DNA from: Candidatus Saccharimonadota bacterium
GTDB taxonomy: Bacteria > Patescibacteriota > Saccharimonadia > Saccharimonadales > UBA4665
Assembly: GCA_016699935.1 (NCBI GenBank)
Contig: CP064992.1
Coordinates: forward strand, 60,001-92,000
Direction of reading: 5' to 3'
DNA: 32,000 bases
Below, in pieces: positions 1 through 12,241 of this stretch. Position 1 is the stretch's first letter. Each line of letters starts with the position of its first letter. The notes beneath the pieces are model-generated. The model saw only the letters and a program-made list of their open reading frames with translations. It ran no database searches and was not told the origin of the DNA. The position numbers and the translations under genes were made by a program.

Positions 1-48
1 GCAACAATACGCCCGAGGTGACGGTTACTTGCCATCGCATACCCCTGC

Positions 49-82
49 GATGTAGATGGTAGATGGTAGATGGTAGATGGTA
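49..82. repeat. Heptanucleotide tandem repeat, (TAGATGG) x4 plus partial units
   Basis: Read directly. There are four perfect 7-nt units at 53-80, flanked by partial units (gatg before, ta after). The array is intergenic, downstream of the bL32-like gene. Confidence 0.9.
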
Positions 83-135
83 ATTATCATCATGAAAGTC
101 CTAGCAGTATTTCGACTGCTCGCTAAGGCTAAAGA

Positions 136-300
136 CTACTTGCCACTCACTGCAGCCTTGAGCGCTTTGCCGCTCTCGCGGGTAGTCGTATAGGCTTTGA
201 CTGGAGATTTTTTATTGACAGCTCGTGCGAGCTTCAGTATGAGGTGGCTACGACGCGCACCGGTAGCTCGTGGACTAGTTCGTTTCTTTGGTTTACCCAT
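136..300 (-). CDS. rpmF: 50S ribosomal protein bL32-like (54 aa)
   Basis: This ORF is below the ORF-track length cutoff. ATG is the complement of 298-300 and TAG the complement of 136-138. Own translation: MGKPKKRTSPRATGARRSHLILKLARAVNKKSPVKAYTTTRESGKALKAAVSGK. The PKKRTS...ARRSH segment resembles the bL32 N-terminal signature. GAAGGAG lies about 11 nt upstream of the ATG. Confidence 0.55.
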   Translation of the reverse strand: MGKPKKRTSPRATGARRSHLILKLARAVNKKSPVKAYTTTRESGKALKAAVSGK

Positions 301-402
301 AGATGTGCTAACTCCTTCTCGAAGTTCTTCGTTACTATTTAGCTTGATTATACGCTATTTCACCCCTTTTCTCAACCCAAAAAACTTCCGAAAACAGAGA
401 TA

Positions 403-432
403 TTGACACTTAAGTATATAATGTGGTATAAT
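403..432 (+). promoter_or_regulatory. Sigma-70-type promoter: TTGACA, 18-nt spacer, extended -10 TGGTATAAT
   Basis: TTGACA is at 403-408 and TGGTATAAT at 424-432. The ATG of the downstream ORF is at 443, only 10 nt after the -10 element, so the leader is very short or absent. Confidence 0.6.
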
Positions 433-442
433 ATTAACGATT

Positions 443-1057
443 ATGAGTAGCCTGAGGGTAGATATTTACAGTGGAAAAGAACATTTAGATGCTACTGCAA
501 AAGAGGCAATTATTAGCGGTCTCGCAGAATTTGGCAGCGTGGCCCGTCTAGACTTATTACTCCGGCATATCCCAGGCTGCGGCAAGCTTGATCAACGCAA
601 AATAGTTGTAGACAAGTTGCCTCTTGAAGAGCTTTTAGGCGGCAAGCTCAACATACTTGTCGGGAATTTTGCATTACACAATAACCTTGCAGGTAGTTAT
701 TTTGGCGAAGGATTTGTATTTCTGAATCCTACCACTCTAGCCAGTAAGAGCTTGGCGGTAGTCTCGAGACCAGCGACGGCGCTACGTATTGCCACAGCCC
801 ACGAAACAGCTCATGCATTAGGCTTCGTCACCCCTGAGAGAAGCCAAACGGCTCACTGTCGCTCTGAGGGCTGCATAATGCAATCAAGCCTTGGGTCACT
901 TAGCCTAAAACCAGACTCAGGATACAGTGACGTATGGTCAGGCGTTGTACCTATTCATGATGGACGCCGCGCCATCGTTCCTGATAATGCGACATTTTGC
1001 GAACCCTGTGTTAATGAGATTAGCGAACACACAGAGCAGCATATACAAGCCTTGTAG
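443..1057 (+). CDS. Zn-metallopeptidase, archaemetzincin (M54)-like
   Basis: Intact 204-aa ORF. It contains HETAHALG (HExxHxxG), then C-RSEG-C-I-M (CX4CXM), and a distal CEPC (CxxC). This is the archaemetzincin motif order, but with longer spacers than the canonical HEXXHXXGX3CX4CXMX17CXXC. Confidence 0.55.
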   Translation: MSSLRVDIYSGKEHLDATAKEAIISGLAEFGSVARLDLLLRHIPGCGKLDQRKIVVDKLPLEELLGGKLNILVGNFALHNNLAGSYFGEGFVFLNPTTLASKSLAVVSRPATALRIATAHETAHALGFVTPERSQTAHCRSEGCIMQSSLGSLSLKPDSGYSDVWSGVVPIHDGRRAIVPDNATFCEPCVNEISEHTEQHIQAL

Positions 1058-1080
1058 TTCAGCAACATTTATACTAACGG

Positions 1081-3672
<2,592 letters not shown>

Positions 3673-3933
3673 CAGGGGCGAAAAATTCCAGCATAGCCTT
3701 AACTATTCTCTAGCATCAGACCGCGCACGAGAACTAATCGGAGCCATATTAAGCACCTAATGCGTGAGGCAATAAATATTTACCTTAGGCATAATGCTTG
3801 TGTTAGGATGTCGTTATGGAAGCTAATGACGTGCCTTTGAGACGTACCATACAAGTAACGCGGAGCATTACATTCTTATTCTACTACTTGGAATCTTTAC
3901 TTTTACAATGCCCGGTTTTCTTGATATGATGGT

Positions 3934-4263
3934 GTGGCTTTGCCATGGTCCGAGTTAACCAACGAGCAATATGTTAAATTACTGGTTTATTTTGGACCCC
4001 TCCTGGCCGTAGTTACTCTGTCTTTAAAGATACAATCTCTATACCTTTCGCAAGGCTACGCAAAGGTTACAAATATCCCCATACGCATCGGGCTTGGATT
4101 GTACGTCTGGACTTTATTTGTTGTATTAGGTGATTTATTTTCAGCCCCTAGCGATGGTTTGAGCGATTCGCTAATCGTGATATTTACACTGCCTCTTGGG
4201 AATAGTGCGATGTTCTTGGGTTTACTCTTAAAACACTTTGAAGATTGGGCAAATAGGGCCTAG
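3934..4263 (+). CDS. Hypothetical small membrane protein
   Basis: 109-aa ORF with a GTG start and 3 hydrophobic segments (LLVYFGPLLAVVTL, GLGLYVWTLFVVLG, LIVIFTLPLGNSAMFLGLLL). An out-of-frame ATG ORF at 3826 could be a displaced N-terminus. No homology recognised. Confidence 0.4.
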   Translation: MALPWSELTNEQYVKLLVYFGPLLAVVTLSLKIQSLYLSQGYAKVTNIPIRIGLGLYVWTLFVVLGDLFSAPSDGLSDSLIVIFTLPLGNSAMFLGLLLKHFEDWANRA

Positions 4264-4317
4264 CGTACAAATTAGCCATCCATCTGTGACACGCGGTAAC
4301 TTTTTCATGTCGTATGG

Positions 4318-5502
4318 CTAGAATTGTTTTAGGAAGTTCGTTGTGAATGTCGTGGCGTGTTTGGCTCGGTCAGCGTGGCGGGCGAGCGCAAAGGTGATGA
4401 GTTTTTCTACCAGGTCTACGCGGCTTACCCCAGATTGTTGCCAGTTGTGAGCGTAGAGGCTGCCAGGCAGCGGATTTACCTCGTTGAAATACACCTTTTT
4501 AGCTTTTGTATCAACCAGCATGTCCACCCTGGCGATACCGTCGCATCCAAGCGCGCGGTACACCCGCACGCCCAGTTGCACGGCAGCGTCAGACAAGTCT
4601 TTTGGCAGATTCGCAGGAATCTGGCTATAGCCTTGAGAACCTTTTTACGCTCACCTTACCACTCGCTTTTGCACCCATTTTGCCACCTTTTTCCCACCGT
4701 GCATATATTTGGTTTCAAAATCAAAGAAATCCTCACTATGGGTAAGCGGCTGCTCGAGAAGTGCTGGCTGAGAGGCGGTGCTTGGGCCCATAATTGGGAG
4801 CGTCACTTCCACGAGGTTGACAACCGCTTCTTCAACGATAATTTTAGTATCATAATGAGCGGCAACCTCGAGTGCATTTTTCAGCTCTTTTTCGTTCGTG
4901 ACACGGCTAACACCAATGCTTGATCCAAGATGAGCGGGTTTTACAAACAGCGGATAGCGAAGCCCCTTGCACATGGTTTTAAGCGCAGCAGGATTTGACG
5001 CTACGAGTTCTGCGTCTGCATAAACGCCACGTGGCGTCGAGATTCCATCGGCCGTGGCAACCTGTTTGGCGAGCGCTTTATCCATAGCAACCGCGCTTGC
5101 CGCCACGCCACAACCAACATATGGTATGCTTGCCATTTCAAACAAGCCCATAAGCTCACCGTCTTCACCGTGGGTACCGTGCATGGCCGGGAATGCAATA
5201 TCAATAGTGACTTCTTTGCGCTTCCCGAAGCCGCTCGGAATGAGTAGTTTCATCCCATTACCGCAAACGACCCCTGTTGGTTTCACCCGGGATATTATGT
5301 CCTTGATTGCGCCCCCCTGGTAGGTTGTGATGTCTTTGAGCTTCTCATGCACGAACCAGCGACCATCCTTTGCGATATAGACCGGTACCACTTTGTACTT
5401 CTTGGTGAGTTCTAGTGGCGCGATCACACTCGTCAGCGCCGTGATGATAGACACATCATGTTCGGCCGATTGACCCCCAAAAAATACTGCGACTGTTTGC
5501 AT
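4318..5502 (-). pseudogene. ddl: D-alanine--D-alanine ligase, frame-disrupted as read (2 fragments)
   Basis: 4651-5502 begins MQTVAVFFGGQSAEHDVS... (typical Ddl N-terminus and ATP-grasp). 4318-4596 contains ...ARVDMLVD..KVYFNEVNPLPG.... The frame changes between 4597 and 4650. Confidence 0.9.
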
Positions 5503-5523
5503 ACTACGTATTATACCCCGTCA

Positions 5524-6960
5524 TCACGAATAATTATCCGGCCAATCGTTTTGCATGAGGACGAGGTCGCCCTTAGCCGTAAAACTGGAGAGGTTTAGGT
5601 AGAACTCGAGCGGATCATCCACTATGCGTACTTCACCGCTGTAATCAGTGTCGCTCAGGCCAGCTGCAATGTGCTGTGTTACCGAATTTTTCATAAGTAC
5701 AATCATATCTGGCCGAGCCATGGCTATCATACGGCCTATGCCGCGGTGAATCGCCGGCGAATCTTGACCCTGGTCGACAAGACCTGGTGTCACGTAAATT
5801 TTGCGGTTCGCTGGTAGCATCTTGAGAAGCTCTGTCCCAGCTCGTACACCCTCTACATTGCCATTATACGTGTCGTCTATAATGATAGCGCCACCGAGCG
5901 CGTACGGCTGCATGCGATGTTCAAACGGTTTTGTCTTGGCTATACCACTTGCGACTTGCTTTTCGGTAAGTCCAAGCTGCAAAGCAAACGCCGCCGCAAA
6001 TGCAAGTGGACCAACCATGTGCAAGCCAACCAAACCACTTTTCAGCTTCAGCCGCTTCTTGCCCTTTACCAGCTCGAACGTCGTCCCGTCTAGATTGGTT
6101 GCCACCTTTTGGATGCGCCAGCCAAGTGTCGTGCTACGGCTATATATGCGAAAATCTGGCTGCAAAAAGCCCTGCACCGCATCGGACTCGGCATTGACAT
6201 AAACCTGCTCTTTCGAAACGAAATTGGCAACAGAAAAAATGTCCTCCGCGGCAGCTTGCAGCGTTTTGTACTGGTCGAGATGAGCCGGTGCTAATCCGGT
6301 AATTACTGCGTGCGTTGGACGAACGACGCGGCTGAACAGCGCAACATCTCCAGGACGTCCTTCACCGAACTCGATAATAACCACGTCTTCGTCGCCACTC
6401 AGGCTGCGCGCAAACCGAGCATGAGCTTACGACGTTCATGTTGCCCGGTGTTGCGGCTACGTTTTTAGCTTCGCCAAGCACTGTCGCAAGTAATTCTTTC
6501 ATGGTGGTCTTTCCGTAGCTGCCAGCAATGGCAATCCGCAAACCGGGGTGATTGTGAAATATCTGTTGCGCTGTGAAGGCATTTTTCTCGCGAGGGCGAT
6601 TGTCAGCACCTGTCCTATCACCAATGCCTAGCGCCAGCAAATGCGCCCCAACGACTGGATACGCCACCATCACCGCCGCACCATACCAAAACTACACCTG
6701 GATTGTTAGTGCTCTCAGCTGCAATCATGCACAGTAGCAGCAAACGTAATAAAACTGAGAACGCCAAGCGACACGAATAATTGTATACTCCACGGGCAAT
6801 CCGCGTATTTTCGAGCGTGCGACGGTGCATAACGCGCGAAAATCTTGCGTACGCCAAAACCAGCGCAAAACGGCAATGGCTGGTATTCAACGTTCTGGAG
6901 CATGTATGCCAGTGTGGTACTCGTTGTCGCAATGAATACAGCGCCACCGCACCGCCACAC
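5524..6960 (-). pseudogene. murF: MurF-like Mur ligase paralogue 1 (UDP-MurNAc-tripeptide--D-Ala-D-Ala ligase family), frame-disrupted; 5' limit approximate
   Basis: 6362-6673 carries IAIAGSYGKTT (P-loop) and GNMNV. 5524-6384 carries VITGLAPAHLDQY and IIDDTYNGN plus the C-terminal domain. Upstream pieces in three frames (6674-6960) read ..LAYMLQNVEYQ.., ..RWFWRTQDF.., ..FSRVMHRRTLENTRIARG.. and appear to be an N-terminal extension. Confidence 0.75.
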
Positions 6961-7705
6961 CAGTTACGCACAAGAAAATCCTGGACAATCTGAAGCGTAT
7001 CTTTGGGGCATCGATGTGGATAAAATGCCCTGCGTTTGGTATGACGTGCAGATGGGAACCTTCTATAACGTGTTCGAGTTGTCGGGCGACCGTGAGGGGG
7101 GTGTCTGGTCGTCTTTGTCCCCATACACAAGCAGCGTTGGGGTGCTGATATAGGCAGCGTCTACCTGACATCGTCGCGAACTATCCGCTTGAAGGTTTCC
7201 TGCATGTGTTCGGCGACTAACAAGTCTGAACCGGCCTTTGCGTAGAGCTTGGCGCCGCAGCCGACTACGAACCTTTTTTAGGCAGTGGGACACAACCATT
7301 TTCCCAACTTTGGCCATGACTTTCAAACCTTGATTAGCGCGAGGATTACGCACACCAGCGCTGGCGAGGAGAACGAGTTTATCGGCAACGAACTGACCTT
7401 GACCGATTCCCCGCACGGCAATGGCGCCGCCATTTGAGTGACCGATGACTGCGTATGGCGATACTTCGATTTTTGCAAAAATCTCGTACAAACTGCGTAC
7501 TCGCTGAGACTCCAGGCCTCAGCTGGCTGGCCTGTCTCGCCAAAACCTGGCAAATCCGGGACAATCACATCGTAGTTTTTGCGAGCAACTGCATTGCCGA
7601 GCTCCAGCTGGCCCTGGTATCTCCCCAGCCGTGAAGCAGCAGCACCGACTTGCCTTTTCCGCTGCGACGGTACTGCGTTACGATATCCTGAACAACAACC
7701 TGCAT
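6961..7705 (-). pseudogene. Alpha/beta-fold hydrolase, frame-disrupted (at least 4 fragments); 3' limit approximate
   Basis: The pieces read MQVVVQDIVTQYRRSGKGKSVLLLHGWGD (from the ATG at complement 7703-7705), IVPDLPGFGETG, AVIGHSNGG (GxSxG nucleophile elbow), PTLLVYGDKDDQTPP, and VIPNAGHFIHIDAPK (catalytic His region). They lie in different frames. Confidence 0.75.
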
Positions 7706-7731
7706 ATGCTTCTTGTGTAGCAGGCTTACGC

Positions 7732-9342
7732 TTACAGTTGTCTTGCTTTTTGCGCAGCCACGCCGGGACTCTGCGCGCTTAAGTTTTCTGGCGTCTTTGG
7801 GGTGAGCCAAAAGCTGCTTCACGACTTCTTCGGCAAAACACCATTCTGCAAACCCTTTACAAGAATCACCGCATTTTCCTGCAGGTTTTTCGAACAAACA
7901 CCGCACGCATCAGCATGAGCAAAGCTACGCACCTGGCAGCCCTTAGCTTTGCGCCGGAGCTACCCAGCGTTCTGCGTCGAGTCCAAGAGTCAGAACATAG
8001 TCGAGCTTACTTTGCGTCACAGTATTCGCCTACTTCCTCGTGGGCCTCTTTGGGCATATGCACCCATTTCATTCATGCTCCCAAGATAGCAATGCGCTGT
8101 TCGCGCGTGCGCTGTCATACAGAACATCGAGTGCTGCCTTAACCGCGACGGGCGAGGCATTGTACGTATCATCGATAATCTTTGTGTTCTTTGACGCCGT
8201 CGAGGACCTGCATGCGCCCAGCAAACGGCTCCAACTGGGCGAGCCCTTCCGTATCGCAACCCTGTCAAACCCTAACATTGACGCGACGGTCAGCAGCAGC
8301 GAGCGCACACGTGCTCCCTGCACGCCAAGATACTGTACATGCGCTGTCAGATTGCCAGATGGGAGCGTGATAGAAAGCTCCTGCCCCGCCAAACTCGATT
8401 TTGTAATATGTGCATAGCTTTCAGCCGTGTTATCGCTAAGACTATAGCGCGTGTAATTTTCGCGCTCCACGACAGCTTGTTCGGCGTATCGTCGATATTG
8501 ACTAGCACCTGTTTGCTATAGTCAAAAACCTGTTTTCTTCCGTCGCAACTGCCTGGAGCGAGCGGAAATTTTCCATGTGTTCGGGTGTGATCGCGGTAAG
8601 AACGCATACATCTGGCCGGAGATACGCGAACTGCCGCATTTGGCCCGGGCCGTCTGTGCCGATCTCTACCACAACGACATCGTACGGATACGGCTGCGTA
8701 AGCTGAGCGGCATTTTCGCCAAATAGCTTCATCCAGGCAAAGACGTTAAACAGAGAGGGGTTGTGTTTGCCCAAAAACACGAGCGGCACAGTCACACGGT
8801 CGTTGTAATTGCCCTTTTGGTAGCGAACCCTGGCGCTCGTTCCCAGTAGCTCAGCAATCGCCAAGCTTGGTTCCCGTCTTTCCAACCGAACCGGCAACCG
8901 CAATAACTTTAAAGTTATGCTTCCTGCGCAGTTGCTTGACCTGCCCTTCGAGTATTCGTCCGACAATACTTTTTACCTAATCGCTTTGGCGACAGAATGT
9001 ATGCAACAGCGCGCCATAGCCCAACCAAAGCCGCAAAGCCATAAGCCGTCACAACAGGGTAAGCAAGTAGGATCGCTGCACCAAACGCCCACCAATCCGG
9101 CACTCCCTTGCGCCAGCCAGTCTGTCAAGAGCCAGACACCTCCTGCGATTTGCGCAACCATCACGAACAATAGAGCAGTCACGAGCGACAAATCACGTCT
9201 GTCAATCCCTTTGAGTCGATATGTCTTTTTGTTTGAAAACCATTTGACGCCGCCAGCCAAGCGAATCATCGTGAATACGAAGCGATGCTACAAGCTCCCG
9301 AGCAAGCCCAAGGCTATAGAATCCTCTCAACTGTCTTACCAT
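7732..9342 (-). pseudogene. MurF-like Mur ligase paralogue 2 with hydrophobic N-terminal extension, frame-disrupted (at least 5 fragments); 3' limit uncertain
   Basis: ATG is the complement of 9340-9342, with GAAGGGGG 6 nt upstream. Pieces: an N-terminal extension with TM-like segments (8915-9269); KVIAVAGSVGKT (own translation, about 8875-8915); KGNYNDRVTVPLVFLG and LTAITPEHMENF (8502-8966); IIDDTYNASPVAVKAALDVL (8069-8470); ILGSMNEMG; ..AVILVKG..AEEVVKQLLAHPKDA (7706-7906). Confidence 0.7.
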
Positions 9343-9383
9343 ACGTAACCCCCTTCACGTGACCACCCTATTCTGTCAGTTTA

Positions 9384-10889
9384 CTAAAGCGATGAACCGG
9401 TAAAATCCGGCAGGAAGGTTTGCGCACCCAGAACGCTCTGATCGAGCCCAAGCTGTTTCATGACATCGGTAAAAGGTTTGCTCCAGTTGGGGCGGTAATG
9501 TTTACCTTCTTGTCGCTTGGCGTTACTTTAAGATCCATCTTTGCTGTTGTTCCGGTCATGTCAACGTCAAGATTCACTGTGAGTTCATTCGTTTTTGTGT
9601 TAACGCTCAGGCCAATCATAGCCATACCCTTATCGGCGCTGTCCTTCGATTCAAGCATGAACTCTAACGGGTAAACATCTCCACCGGTGTAGTTTTGCGC
9701 TATCGTCAACGCCTGGTTTTATCTTCTTTCATGGTGAACACCAAACTCTGAACCAGCTTTGTCTTCACATCGACATACATGTCAAACGTATCATCGGCCT
9801 TCATTTTATCTATAGAACTCGTCAGCTCACTAACGTTTAGCATTTCGCTTATTTTTTTGCCACCATCTTGTTGTTTTGCCCAATCATTGAGCTTGCTTTC
9901 GTCAAGCGCCTTAGCGACCGCTTCTACATACGCCTTGAAGTGCGCTTTGTCGTAACCAGCAGTATAGTGCTTCACATCACGCCCATTTTTGGTCTCTTTT
10001 CCTACGTATTTCTTGTACGTTACGACCGCCTTGTCTTTATCACCGCTAAACAGATACTGCTTGTTGACCGCCTGCATTTTGGTGAGCGCATCTTTGAGTT
10101 GCTCATTTGTCGGTGTTGTTGGCATGCTAGAATTTGTTCCTAATTGTTCTTCTTGCATATTGAGGTACGAATCTAGCAACGTATGATCAATCCCTATCCA
10201 TTGCCCATCAAGCGCTGCGAGCTGTGCGCCTCCGGCTTCTTCAAGCATGCTCTTCACGCCGCCTACCTTCATATACATGTCAGGCATATCTGATTGAGCA
10301 GCATCCACCATAACCATATCGGCTGTAAATTTCTGGCCAGCAACATTCGCGTCCATAGTCAGTTTCGCGTTCTCTTGATCACCCTCACCCTTGATTGTCG
10401 CGTCTAGGCTAACTCCACTACTTTGCAACGCAACAGTGCCATTGTAAGTTTCTGACGCCGAAGTGTCAGCAGTTTTCATATAATCGACAAGTTTATCGGC
10501 TGCTTGACCACTCCGCTGAAGGCTAGAGCTAAACAAAGATTCCGGTCGATTCGGAAGATACATACCAAAGACATAGCCGCCCGCTAATAGCAAGACCGCT
10601 GCTGAACCGACTAGTGCAGGTACAAACCATTTTTCTTACCGCCGCCAGTAGGCGTCCCACCAGACACTGGGCTGGACTCTACGCTACCCACGATAGGATT
10701 TCCATTCACGACTGGCGCAGAAACTTGCGGCGTCGAAACTGATGATGATGCTTCGGGACCTACTGCAGGATTTGACACTGTTTGCTGCTGCGGTGATGGT
10801 GCATCATCAGACGTAGTTACCGTTGCTGGGACCGCCGGTTCCGTACCATTTGTAGAATTTGTTAATTGAGAAGGGTTTGTTGGCTCCAT
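9384..10889 (-). pseudogene. Hypothetical membrane-anchored protein (low-complexity N-terminus, one TM, large extracytoplasmic domain), frame-disrupted as read
   Basis: Fragments 10611-10889, 9706-10593 and 9458-9709, plus an out-of-frame tail ending at TAG (complement 9384-9386). GGAG lies 10 nt upstream of the ATG at 10889. The TM segment WFVPALVGSAAVLLLAGGYVFGMYL is recovered if the T5 run at 10630-10634 is corrected by one base. No family recognised. Confidence 0.5.
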
Positions 10890-10974
10890 AGAAGTATAAC
10901 TCCGTACCGCTTATGTGATAATAGTGGTAGTATACGCTTGTTTCTCAGCAGACGTAAAGAAAAAAACGCGCAGC

Positions 10975-11003
10975 AAAAAGACCAGTTTGCGCTGGTCTTT
11001 TTT
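10975..11003 (-). terminator. Intrinsic terminator hairpin downstream of tRNA-Ala
   Basis: aaaaagaccag / tttgcg / ctggtcttttt is an 11-bp stem. On the minus strand the U-run forms the 3' arm. It lies 4 nt after the tRNA 3' end. Confidence 0.7.
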
Positions 11004-11006
11004 GCT

Positions 11007-11083
11007 TGGTGGAGCTACAGGGACTCGAACCCTGGACCTCTTCCATGCCATGGAAGCGCTCTAGCCAACTGAGCTACAGCCCC
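11007..11083 (-). tRNA. tRNA-Ala (anticodon GGC), CCA encoded
   Basis: Minus strand: GGGGCTG TA GCTC AGTTGGCTA GAGC G CTTCC ATGGCAT GGAAG AGGTC CAGGG TTCGAGT CCCTG TAGCTCC A CCA. This folds as a full cloverleaf with a canonical T-loop, anticodon GGC and a G3:U70 pair (the alanine identity element). Confidence 0.93.
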
Positions 11084-11220
11084 GATATGAAACAAACCAG
11101 GCGGTTTCTCTCATCGCGCGGGGTCGCGGAATGTATCTATCGACTCCGGCTGCTCTTTTCCCCTTTCGAAGAGTATAGGTCAATAGAACGGGGGTATTGT
11201 ATCTCAGTTGTGACAAAAAT

Positions 11221-11415
11221 CTAGGCTGCTACGGGCTGTTCTGATCGATCCGAATGCTTCTCTTTATGCTTGGCGCTTTCGAAGCCGTGGTGGCGCTCGT
11301 AATGGACGTGGTTGACGACGGAGCTGATCTTGTGACCGTCGTATTTGTGCAGCAGACTTCTTGCGCGGCTAATTCCTTTACGTTTATGACCTCGTGCTTT
11401 TTCTCGTAATGACAT
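11221..11415 (-). CDS. Hypothetical small basic His-rich protein (64 aa)
   Basis: Intact ORF with a strong SD (AAAGGAGG) 5 nt upstream of the ATG. No family recognised. Confidence 0.5.
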   Translation of the reverse strand: MSLREKARGHKRKGISRARSLLHKYDGHKISSVVNHVHYERHHGFESAKHKEKHSDRSEQPVAA

Positions 11416-11453
11416 GGTTTCCTCCTTTAGTTAGACAAATCTAAAAAGCGCTG

Positions 11454-11816
11454 CTACTGGAGCACAGCGATCATCTTGCGAGGTAACTCGGCAGTGATGT
11501 CGTCTACCGACTCGCGGTCAAAAAGCTCGCAAATTGCTTGCCACGCGGCCTGTAGATAGTGGCGTGCTCGATGCTCATCGACGTCCTCAAGATCCATGTA
11601 TTGCTCGATAATGTCATCCTCAATAGCGCCCGCGGTCGGCACCATCATGGCGGCCGCCTGAAGTTCTTGGGGTAGTTTGGCGGCAAACCCTCGGCGAGTA
11701 CGGTCAGTTAGATGTACTGCAACATTTTCCACTACAAGCTCGAGTGCATCTTGCGACTCGTCGGCACGCGCCCCTGCCATGGAGTGAATTTTCTTGATTA
11801 GTAAGTGATATTTCAT
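11454..11816 (-). CDS. Hypothetical protein, DUF2267-like
   Basis: Intact 120-aa acidic ORF. Two ..LP(x)EL/KM.. helical repeats (AAKLPQELQ, TAELPRKMIAVL) are reminiscent of DUF2267. This assignment is from memory only. Confidence 0.4.
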   Translation of the reverse strand: MKYHLLIKKIHSMAGARADESQDALELVVENVAVHLTDRTRRGFAAKLPQELQAAAMMVPTAGAIEDDIIEQYMDLEDVDEHRARHYLQAAWQAICELFDRESVDDITAELPRKMIAVLQ

Positions 11817-12142
11817 TATGATTACCCCTTTCCATATACCACTATGCGCTATTCTGCTGAGAAATAACTATGAGTTATATTACAAATCTTGAAAAACACG
11901 TATTTCGCACTTTGAGCTCATGTGCATGTTCTCCTCGAAGCACGTAAGGAGCTGTACTGAGGGACAGCGACTGGTGTCGTGAGCTGCACAGGAAAAGAAA
12001 AGTTTTACATTTTCTTTTCTGAGCAGCGAGAAAAGAGGCAAAGCCGATGTACTGAAGAGGAAACATGTGGAGGAGTTTGGAGAAGCAAGCAGAGTTCTGG
12101 CTTTGTCGGAAGCGGGCTGGCTGGTGAGATAGGCGTGAAGAA

Positions 12143-12185
12143 GAAAAAAATTCACCCCTCATCCCCGAGGAGATACAATGAGGGC
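12143..12185 (-). terminator. Intrinsic terminator after the methyltransferase gene
   Basis: Minus strand: CCCTCAT-(15-nt loop)-ATGAGGG followed by GTGAATTTTTTT. The plus-strand A-run is at 12143-12150. Confidence 0.65.
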
Positions 12186-12241
12186 GGTATTTACTGTGAG
12201 ATGGTACTTGAACCTTCGACAGATGTTTGCCAATGAAGTGA

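Noticed and set aside
6618-7171. ORFs 6618-7130 (-), 6715-6960 (-), 6781-6993 (+) and 6845-7153 (+) as separate genes
   Set aside because: The minus-strand pieces are out-of-frame readings of the hydrolase C-terminus and the MurF-like N-terminal extension. The plus-strand ones are antisense shadows rich in Arg, Cys and Trp.
11875-12236. ORFs 11875-12162 (-), 11880-12155 (-) and 11979-12236 (+) as small proteins
   Set aside because: They mutually overlap on both strands, are low-complexity, have no RBS, and one runs through the methyltransferase terminator. The region is reported instead as unexplained non-coding DNA.
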